A stretch of DNA of 64,000 nucleotides from Marsupella aquatica. Its lineage: Eukaryota; Plantae; Marchantiophyta. Numbering within the stretch: position 1 is the first letter of the stretch; the number at the start of each line of letters is the position of its first letter. Shown one piece after another: positions 37,464 through 48,299 of the stretch. A program made the position numbers and the translations under genes. The stretch is from NCBI GenBank assembly GCA_973895155.1, contig OZ316898.1, forward strand, positions 9,411,079-9,475,078, in the 5' to 3' direction. The notes below the pieces were generated by a model. It was not told the DNA's origin, made no database searches, and worked only from the letters and a program-made list of their open reading frames with translations.

Positions 37464-40400
37464 AGCTCAAACAACTTTTGGACACTAGGATAATACAGTG
37501 ATACAACTGTGATTACTGACCCGTACGGACAAGGAAATCCGAGTAAGCATGATTTCATTCATTTGTATTCATTCATTTGTATTCATTCATGAACTTTACA
37601 ATAATTCAGATGTTTGAGCTCTGTCATTGTGAAACTATTATATATCAGAAGTTTAGAGAATGATTTAGCTAAGATGATTCAATTTAGCAGTCTACTGGTT
37701 GTATTCGTCAATTAAAGGATTCAGTGTAATAAGATTCACATAACATGAGAGTTTATATGATTAAATTCACAGCGTGCAAGTTTGTAATGAGTTTGTAATG
37801 AGTTTGTATGATTCACACATATTTGAGTTTACAAACAAACCGCATTATGAAAACTCAGCTTAACAATCAAGAGAAATTTTAGCAAACAACAATCAACACC
37901 AGCAGAAAATGTAGAAATTGCATCTGAATTTTGAAAAATTGATGTAATCGTTTGAGAGATTGACGTCCAAGCACTTGAAGACCTTGCTGCGGCATCCAGA
38001 AAGTATATATAAGATTGAAGATATTAATATGCTAAGCAACAATAACACAGCTTCTATACTTCTATACATAGAGCTTCGCTGCCACCAATTGAATAACATG
38101 TGCTTAATGCTAAGGAACTCATTATGTCGAGTTAAAAAGACTCTTTCAGAAGTACAATCAAAGTTGTGGATAGGCAAACTGAGCATGAATAAAAGCACAC
38201 TAAACCTGAAGATTCAAAGAGGTGAAACAAACCTGAATGCTGAATGGAAGGAGCTGAAACAAGCTGCCAAAAAGTAGTTCGAGCTGTTGAAACACGTTGA
38301 TCGAGCTGATATGAGCTTAAAATTGGCTGACATGAGCTGATATGAGCACTCCCAAAAAACTAGCTGCAACGAACCCAACGGGCTCCTAAGAATCTTTTCG
38401 AGCAAACTAGAAGTGAATACGAGCTGTAAATGCAAGTTGCAACGCGCCAACGAGCTCCTGGTCGAAACGATCGACAACTACTAAGAGCTGCAATGCGCCG
38501 ACAAGCACCTGACCGCAACGAACGAGCTACAATGACAAAAATGAAATCCAGGGCAGGAGCGAGAGCGACGAGAGCGAGAGCGATGAGAGCAGGCGCGCAA
38601 AAGTCTAGGGAGCGAGAAACAACAATAATGAATAGTGAACTCGAGACCGTGGGCGCCAACACTAAGGAAGGACTAATTAGGGTATTGTTTTAGCATAACC
38701 CTAATAACAGCCGAAGGTTCCAGATGATCTCCATACACTCCACCATCGACTGAACAAACTATGCAATCGTGAAAAAAAGATTACCGGATTCCTTTTGATT
38801 TTCCGTACTAAAGGAGATTTCTATTTGATCGCCAATTTGAAATTTAAACCGGTAATTATGCAACTGCGAAAGATTGTTAGTGGGGACCCCCAGATCCGGA
38901 TCCGGATCCGTATCTTCACTATATCTGCCAATTCAAATCCAAAATGTGAACGAACGACAACTTTCTCACGATCGTTCCATCACGTAGTGGAGGCGAACTT
39001 CAAAATCAGTCCATTTTGGTAGTGGAGACCGTCGGATCCGGATCCGTACTCCACTCTCTATCTTGCCAATTCAAACCCATACTCTAAACAAGGTAAAACG
39101 ATTCTCACAGTCGGGGAGAACCAATATTCAAAATCAATCCTGTACAATGATTCTCACGATTGGAGACTCAACCAATTTTCAAAATCAAAATCGAGTCCAG
39201 ATGAACACATCCTTCATGGAGTCAATAGACTGATCTCATTGCTCATGGATCATTCTTCATTTTCAGTTTCTCCTTACCAGGATACTAGCTGGGCTCTCAG
39301 CGGAGGCTGATCCAAGGCACATTTGAGGTGGAGCAGATTGGATCATTCGACTATTCCAGTCGGAGGCGGAGCTCATTCAAGCAACGCTGGCGTAGTTCTT
39401 GTTGTATCACCTTCAATCTTGGGGAGACCACATCCGATCAAGCGGGAGAGTTGCGACGAAGCGAGACGACAAACATTTAGAACCTCCATAGTCTGCCTCA
39501 TTCATCGAAGCATTCTAGCGGACCAACAAAGAGCGGCTATTCTGAAATCACTGTCTGGTCGAGGATTTTGATCTTGATACGATCAACAAGTTGTCATTCT
39601 CTGGTGGTGGGATTCGGTCACGATACTCAAGGAAATTGGAGTTCGAAGGAGGAGGCTTAGTTGGCTGGGACGAGGAGGCTACGCTGGAAGGAAGAGGCTT
39701 GGCTGGGAGGAGGGTTTCCGCCAACATCGAAGGGTTGCCGCCAACATTGCTGAGACCACACGCAACTGAATAACTTGTAAGTATCAATCAGCATTAATTC
39801 TGCAATAAATGAGGAGAGTAGTTGCCTTAAATCACGCATTCAATGCATGAGGTCCAATTTCTCACTCTGATTTTGATCAATCCGTGTTTCATGTCCAATA
39901 CAGAAGCAATGTATCAGAAGTACTAGTAGAGGATCCGAATGAATTCTCTAGTCTAAAATTGTATGGCGTTCAAGTATAGTTGTCCGTACGTTTTGCTATT
40001 GTTTATTGTAGTCGACGGCCTAGCAAAACTAAACGTAATCGAGGTCCATTTTTCAGATCAAACTGATCTCAACTTGTTAGTAGGATGACCTGATTTTTCG
40101 GTTACACATGTAGTTCATCACGTGCACAATCGCGTGAACCAATTTATCTCGTGTCTTTTGATATTGTTTATTGTAGTCGACAGCCTAGCGAATTGGCCAG
40201 CAATCTATTTTAAAACCAACGTCTTCATTTTATCATGCGCACGGTCACGTTAATGTTTTAGAGGTCAGCGAAAGCTCTGCACTCTTCAACGTAATCGCCC
40301 TTTATTTACGGACCTCCATTAGGGGTCTCTTGCAAATTCTCTGCCATGAGGTTGCGCCACATCATCACAACTAGCCACAAACAGGAATGATCCTACTTTT

Positions 40401-41790
40401 AACAATAACAAACGTGCACATACTTGTTTGTGGCAAAAGCAACGTAATTTTTGGGGCGCCATGCCGTAAATATTAAACGTAAAAAAACCAAAATACAAAG
40501 GAAGAGATGTCATTTAGTAAAACAAAGTTACCATTTTGATGTTTGTCAAAGATATATCAGTGTTTTATATCAAAATGCTTGTATTTTTTAATTGTTTGCA
40601 AGTTTGAAAAAATCAATCGATAGAAATGTACATAATTAAAACCCATTTGGCTTCACATTGTAAAACTAAATAATAAATCTCCTTAGTACTTGATAAAATT
40701 TGCCAATGTTTGATTCATTGGAAAATTCAAGATCAAGATTTAGAAACTCGTGATCTCTTTAGTAATGTCTTGATAAAATCTCTCAATGTCACTCATTGGA
40801 AAGCTAGAGTAAAATTAAAAACTCATCATCTCCTTAGTACTTGACAAAATCTATCAATGTTAGGTTCATTTGAAAGCTAGAGAAATTTAGATACTCATGA
40901 TCTCTCTATTTCTTGACAAATAATCTCAATGTCACACATTAGAAAGCTAAAAAGATTGAAAGCCTCTTGATCTCTTGAGTACCGTGACAAAATCTGACAT
41001 AAAATTTGTAAATGTCAGACTCAATGTTAGAAAGCTAAAAGAATTCATGAACTCATAGTCAAAATTTCTTATACTAACACTCATTGGAAAGGCAAAGATA
41101 TTCAAAAACTCATATGGAACTTGACAAAATTTGTCAATTTGAGGCTCATTGGAAACCCTTTCTCGATTAAGAGATATCACAATCTCATCACCGTCACAAA
41201 CTTAGCCGCTACAAATTGATTTCTTTGATTATGTCACCATCGCTTGTCCACAATGCTTGCTTCCCGGCTTGAATTGTTCGCATCTCTTAGATAGTCTTCA
41301 ACTAAAGCTCACTCTAAACACAGGTTGACGCCAAATGCAGCCTCTATGTCAAAGAAACAATTGTTGGTCTTCCCCTCACACCATAGCTTTCTTAAATAAA
41401 AATAACTACAAATCCTTTGTTTGAAGTGACGGCTCTTTCGTTTTGTGTGTTCTTCCCACCAAATTGACAAGCGTTTTTTTGCCAACAACTGAGTGTTGTG
41501 CTCTAGATTGTCTTGTGGCAGTAATGCTCAATGTAACTCACAAACAATCAATCAAGAATGGTTGAAAGATGATTTCTCCAATGTGTAAGCAAAACCTATA
41601 AGAAAACTCAATTCCTCCACATTCAACCTTCCATTTGATAAATCTCTATCTTTTGAGCATTTGTTTTTGTACGAGCACACACCAACACCATCGAGAGACT
41701 CAAAACCGTTGGTTACCGTCTTGATGAAAATTGATTTCACTTAATCACACAAACATTCCTTGGATGAACATGGGGGTCCACGGATTAATT

Positions 41791-42955
41791 CTCAGATCTT
41801 CCTGATCTCAACTTGTTAGTAGGATGACCTGTTTTTTGGTTACACATGTAGTCTATCACGCGCACAGTCGCGTGAACCAATTTATCTCATGTCTTTTGAT
41901 ATTGTTTATTGTAGTCGACAGCCTAGCAAATTGGCCAGAAATCTATTTTTAAACCAAGGTCTGTGTTTCATCACTCGCCCGGTCGCGTTAATGTTTTAGA
42001 GGTCAGCGAAAGCTCTGCACTCTTAGACGTAATCGCCCTTTATTTCTCAGATCTTCCTGATCTCAACTTGTTAGTATGATGACCTGTTTTTTTGGTTACA
42101 CATATAGTTCATCACGCGCATAGTCGCGTGAACCAATTTATCTCGTGTCTTTTGATATTGTTTATTGTAGTCGACAGCCTAGCGAATTGGCCAGCAATCT
42201 ATTTTAAAATCGAGGTCTGCATTTCATCACGCGACCGGTCACGTTAATGTTTTAGAGGTCAGTGAAAGCTCTGCACTCTTAGACGTAATCGCCCTTTATT
42301 TCTCAGATCTTCCTGATCTCAACTTGTTAGTATGATGACCTGTTTTTTTGGTTACACATGTAGTTCATCACGCGCATAGTCGCGTGAACCAATTTATCTC
42401 AGGTCTTTTTGATATTGTTTATTGTAGTCGATTGCCTAGAGAATTGGCCTGAAATATATTTTAAAACCGAGGTCTTGGTTTTATCACGCGCCCGGTCGCG
42501 TTAATGTTTTAGAGGTCAGCGAAAGCTTTGCACTCTTAGACGTAATCGCCCTTTATTTCTCAGATCTGCCTGATCTCAACTTGTTAGTAGGATGACCTAT
42601 TTTTGGTTACACATGTAGTTCATCACGCGCACAGTCGCGTGAACCAATTTATCTCAGGTCTTTTTGATATTGTTTATTGTAGTCGATTGCCTAGAGAATT
42701 GGCCAGAAATATATTTTAAAACCGAGGTCTTGGTTTTATCACGGGCCCGGTCGCGTTAATGTTTTAGAGGTCAGCGAAAGCTCTGCACTCTTAGACGTAA
42801 TCGCCCTTTATTTCTCAGATCTGCCTTATCTCAACTTGTTAGTAGGATGACCTATTTTTGGTTACACATGTAGTTCATCACGCGCACAGTCGCGTGAACC
42901 AATTTATCTCAGGTCTTTTTGATATTGTTTATTGTAGTCGACAGCCTAGCGAATT
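41791..42955. repeat. Tandem repeat, ~256-bp unit x ~4.5, two palindromic ACGCG-N6-CGCGT sites per unit; a further copy at ~40065-40305
   Basis: Unit starts (ctcagatct) at 41791, 42046, 42302, 42559 and 42814. Confidence 0.92.
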
Positions 42956-43202
42956 GTCAGTCAGAGAAATCTCAATTTTTCCTTGATTGCAAAAATGGTT
43001 ACATCGATCCCGAAGGACTTCGGATGTGGAATCCATATCCACTAGCACTATCCAGGAATTTAACTGACCTGGTCTTTCGAACACTATTTTCCACGGGACA
43101 AAATTAAGCTACACAATATCTATAACAAGTTCTAACTTGAACTACTCTTGAATCTGTAGTTCTAATCTTTGACTACTCAAAATATTGTTGACTTTGATCG
43201 AG

Positions 43203-43745
43203 TCAGTCATTCCAAGATGAAGGCATCCACTCATCGGTGTCTGGTGTGGATTCCCTTGAATCCAGAAATTCTTCCTTTGCCCAAGTCCTAACGTCCATAG
43301 ATTTTCTCGGCTTGCTCTTTCTGTAATACAAATCAGAATCTTCGTTCATCTCTAATTGCCTTTTCTTCGGTGCGTCCACTTTCTTGGCCTCCTTCTTGAC
43401 TGTCTTAGCGTCTGCTGCTGCTTCCCCCGAGATGGATTCGACGCATGCTCTGGCCTTCAACTTCTCCCCCCTCGAAACGGATTCCATGAGGGCTTTGCCC
43501 TTTAACTTCTCCCCTGATGCCATCTTTGTAGTCATCTTTGTTGGATTGGTCTCCATCTAATCTTCCATCGACAAATGTGGCGAACAATGTCGTCTCTCAC
43601 AAAACATTTGACTCGATTTAGTCATCGTAAACATTATATTACATCGCTGACACATTCTGTAAGGAGTACCACGAATTCGATACGTCGAACCTTCTGAATC
43701 GTCCGTCGGAACATCCTCATTCTTCGAGCTCAGTGGAGTAGTCAT
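43203..43745 (-). pseudogene. Small ~180-aa hypothetical protein with CxxC...Cx4C motif and Lys-rich tail
   Basis: ORFs 43557-43745 and 43203-43556 are in frame across a single TAG; CQRC...CERRHC. Confidence 0.5.
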
Positions 43746-44913
43746 CGCCCTTCAAACAAGAGATGCGGACCGAGACTAAGAATTGGAAATGAGAGAGCTG
43801 ATGTGCGAATAGATTATCCAATAGCCAGAAAGTGGAATGCATGGGGGAATGAGCAGTAGGGATCATCTCAATGCTTTATACTGTTTAGTCTTCACTAGTC
43901 ATTGTACATAGTGGTTTCTAGAAGAGAGTGCGCGTTTGACTTGCGCGTATTAGAATTGGCGGGAAGTTCAGTTGTCCTCTAATTATGGCTTTAATTTCAC
44001 GTTTGGCGACCGCCCCGAGAATACTGATTGCTAGTGAAGTACTGAGATTTCTTATGAGGATCAGTAGTTACTGACTGTCCGGTGTCCACTCATTGGTAAA
44101 CTAGTACTGTCCACTCATTTTTTCTGAGTGGAGTTGAAATGATTGTTCGTAATCGATTGTAGTCATTCTCATTCACTTGAAATGATTGACGGACCATGCA
44201 TAATCTGTTACCGGTATGTGTGATGCCTTTAGATCCGTAATTGTATCTTCCTGTCTCACGCGCAATCGTATCTTACTTATGAAGTACCAAGTATGAGCTA
44301 GAGTTTGGGCCTAGCCTTCTAGCTTCTACATCGTAGACCCTGTTATCCCTACACCCTCTGACTAAGGTCACGCGACATGCCTTTAGATCCGTAATTGTAT
44401 CTTCCTGTCTCACGCACAATTGTATCTTACTTATGAAGTACCAAGTACGAGCTAGAGTTTGGGCCTAGCCTTCCAGCTTCTACGTCGTAGACCCTATTAT
44501 CCCTACACCCTTTGACTAAGGTCACGCGACTAGTCGCGTGCAGGGCAGTGCATTGACTACATTCCGCCTACTTATTGACGGTCGTGATAGGACAATGTAG
44601 TTCACGGACATTTTACTGGCGCTTATTAGCATTACCGTCCTCAATAGTTACTGATTGTCCACTCATTTGTTTTGAGTGGATGTGAAATGATTGATCGTAA
44701 TTGATTGTGGTCGTTCTCATTCATTTGAAATGACTGACGGACCATGCATAGTCTATTGCCGGTATGTGTGGTACCTCTAGGGTCACGCGACCAGTCGCGT
44801 GCAGCACAGTGCATTGACTACATTCTGCTTATTGATCGACGTGACAGGACAGTGCAGTGAAATTGACGGACGTGACAGGACTGTACACTTACTGTGATAT
44901 TCTCTGATGTGCA

Positions 44914-47900
44914 GGAATTATTATGGTGACATCGACAGTCTGGATCAGGGAAGGCGGACAAGTTATTATAGGCATACGTGAGAAACAGGTTGGAAAAGGT
45001 CACGTGATAAGTCTTGATCCTTCCAGGGTTTGTCACAATGTTCCTCTTGGGGTGGACAGAGTTCTTCTTCTATTGGAGGAAGTTTTTGACGAGACCATTC
45101 TATGCAAAGATGGCGAACTTTTGAAGGACATGATTGGGGGTTATCTTGTATGGGAAAGGAATCAACTTTTTTGAGCTCCCATGGAATTGGAGGATGTGTT
45201 TGGCACTATTGGTGATGATCAAGATCCAATCAATCAAAATTCTGATGGGAACAACCATAATGAGAGTCGGTCTGGTGTGGAAGTAGTTTTACCAAAGGCC
45301 TTGTGGATGGGCATGCCTGTAAAGGTGGTGGATGAGAACAAGTTGATTTTTGCAGTGGCAACTATACATGTTCTAGATCCTATAGTGAAGCTTGGGGATG
45401 TCACCCTTGGGAATACACATGTGGGAATTCTGATCAACGATTTTGTCGAGGGAGCTACCATAGATCATCTGAAGCATAGAGATTGCTTAAAAGCTTGGTC
45501 AATGGACTAACTCATTGCCAAGGATGGCAACTTGTTATCTTTCCACAACATCAGGCAAGCTGTGGGAGGGAACACATCTCCAACAAGTGGCAAGCGGTCC
45601 TGTGTCCATAAAAGTAGGAAAAGAAAGAGTCCATCTTCCCAGACATCTAGAAGAGACACATCTTTGGCACGTCAAGATGTGTTGTTGATAAACACTAAGG
45701 ACTGTTGTAGTGAACATTGTTGCCAATATTTGGACTGCAACTTGGCTATGGCAATTAGGCAAAAGTGGTGGTCAAAATCTTTTGCGGAGCGCAAGGAGGA
45801 GGAAATCAAGGCTATTAAAAATACAATACACTTGGGTACTGGAGAAAGGATTCTAGCAGTGGAGGGCAAAGTATTGTGCTTGGAGGCATGGAGAATCATT
45901 CATTCAAGAGGAAAGACTCAATTTTATGCCTTGAAGAAGATTGTGATGGCTGGAATGAACATAGGTACCCATAGAAATGCTGGAAAAAGGCGTATGTCCG
46001 AGAAAGTATCTCAAGCGTTCATGTCAATGAAAGAGATTATTGAGGAGGCAGCTGATCATCATCCAGCCAAGTTGAGAACCATGGCAGATAATACAAGGAT
46101 GGTTTTGAGGGAATTGCCAACAAATCTTACTTGGGAGAATATTAGAAACAGGGTTAATGTTGTCAACCAGGAGGCTGGTCTTCCTCCAATTTCCCAACCC
46201 ACCTTGAGTCATCTACATCAGATGTATTTCAGGGAGTTCTCACGTCACAAAAAGGGCAACAACTTTTCAAAGTGTACAACTTGTAGTGAGTTGCTTCAAC
46301 GGAAAGCAAACCTTACAGGAGCTAAGGAAGAGTTAGAGGGCCTAAGGCGTGACGACGAGGAACATCACCAAGACCACACACAACAAAGAATGTGCTATCA
46401 TACCTGGAGATATGAGTCCATCCATCATCCAAAGGAAGTGTTATGCCTTATTCATGATAAGATGGATCATTCAAAGACAGCTCTCCCAAGAATGCCCTTC
46501 AATCCTAAGCATGTGGATGGTGCCCAAAAGTTCCCAATTACTGTCACTGGTATCCTTACTCATGGTCATGGTCCCAAGGCCATAGCCCAATATCATGTTG
46601 GAGTGTGGCCAGGTGATGTCAACATCACTATTGGGTCAATTGATTCAATACTAAGGATGTTGGAAAACCCAAATCCAATGATCAAATCACTTGTGGAGGG
46701 GCCAGACTCGACAAGTCTTTTTAAAGACCTCCTTTTTGGGAGAGCAAATATCTTGGAGGCAAGTGTCCTTAGAGCATTTGAGGATGACATTGCCTACATC
46801 TCAAGCCTAGGTACTTTACTCACAATCCTTTAATTTATTATTATTTAATAATATAAGCTCACACACACTGACACTCTACTTTGTGTAGTTGTTGCTCCTC
46901 CTAGCCAAGGTTTCATTAATAGGGTTTAAACCCTAAACCCTAAATTGGGGTTTAGGGTCTGACTAGGGTTTTATTTAAAAGCATTCTGAGATTGTTACAT
47001 TGTGATGCAGCACCTGAGGCACCAAAGTTCAGGCCCCTTCCACGAGTATTGAAGCTACAACTGGATAATTGTGCCTCAGACAACAAGAACAAATATATGA
47101 TGGCTTATTTGTCATTGTTGACGGCAAGGGAGGTGTTTGAAGAGGTTCATCTTGGTTTTATGGTGGTTGGGCATACTCATGAGGACGTTGACGGTATGTT
47201 CGGGCATTTTTCAGAGTCTATGATGCATAACCCCACATACTCATTGCCTGAGTTAATGTCCTTGTTCATGAGAGCAAGGACACCCAATGCAGTCCCACAT
47301 TTTCTACAGGAGGTCCCAGATTTCAAAAACTACTTAGCTCCATTCATGTTGAAGGGCCCTGAGGCATTGGTGGGGCATTTAAAACCCAGGCTGTTTAGGT
47401 TCTATGTTCGTCAGGATAGTATGCCATGCTTCCAATACAAAATGAAGTCAACTGATCAGGGATGGTTACCCAAGGAAGGTATTGGAATGTGGTCATGGAA
47501 AGATGACAAAAGTCCTCACATCCCAATTGGGGTGCCCAAACTGCTACCAATGATGGAGTTGAAAATGTTTCCTGAAGTGCTGACAGGGTTGAAGAAGCAT
47601 GTGTCATTCTTTGAGTTTATTCTAAAGCGAACAAAAGAGGAAGATCCAAAGCGACGTTGGACAACTCTCATCAATTATTGGAATGACATTGTAGATACTC
47701 TACAGGGTGAGCAGGTGCAATATGAACTTGAAGGTGCACACAACTTGGAATACGGGTTTTGGCCTTTATCAATATGGAGAGAGCACGTTCCACCAGAATA
47801 CCGAAATGTGGCATGTGAGTTGGAGGCAACAGTGGATTATGTGGGACCAGCAAAAGATAAACCTCCTGAGAGTTTTAACCCTAGGGTTGATGTTGTGAAG

Positions 47901-48299
47901 GGTTGTTATGTGTTGGTACGGCCGGACGACTCAGACCTGGATGTTTATCCCGTCCATATGGGGTTAGTTGTTACAGATGTGATAGAAGGACCAGTGAATG
48001 AACAAAACCTTCTTACTCATGTATGTGGCGTTGAGTGGTTTAGACCATTTATGGCAAAGAAGCAATGTGGTCAATCAGACTGGCAGCCAAGATAGCGGTG
48101 GGCAGATTCTTGGGATAAGAAATGGGAACGTGATCCAACTCCAATATACAAGGAAGTTGAGACAATAGATGTTTCCTCTGCCTTGTGGTGTTTCAAAGCA
48201 CGCAAAGGACCAATGACAGGGCTGGTAGGAATTCCAAAGAATGTTGCTGTCAAGGCAAGAGACTATCTCTTGACATGCATAGCAAGTGACAAATCCTAG
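44914..48299 (+). pseudogene. Sola-like (DUF7869-type) DDE transposase, spliced, with premature stops
   Basis: In-frame pieces 44923-45174, 45181-45510 and 45532-46810; phase-1 GT-AG intron 46811-47010; exon 47011-48299 with a stop at 48093. Motifs CCxxxC, KCTTC, IHDKMD, QLDNCASDNKN and VVGHTHEDVD. Confidence 0.8.

Larger units (their letters stand above)
23927..48299. mobile_element. Putative giant cargo-carrying DNA transposon (Sola-like/DUF7869 transposase); termini not resolved
   Basis: Transposase and cargo genes share the same stop-codon decay. A private palindromic motif runs from 24701 to 44801, up to just before the transposase exon. No TIRs or TSD were confirmed. Confidence 0.6.

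Noticed and set aside
37880-39840. Additional cargo genes (ORFs 37960-38277, 38430-38693, 39548-39787)
   Set aside because: Short, motif-free and not joinable into a consistent frame, though a decayed exon at about 39278-39765 is possible.
40310-41790. AT-rich insertion separating ~256-bp repeat copies
   Set aside because: Probably a nested element, but TIRs and TSD are too degenerate to support a call.
46921-46960. Telomere-like repeats (aaaccct/agggttt) in the transposase intron
   Set aside because: Only a few units; such interstitial telo-boxes are common in plants.
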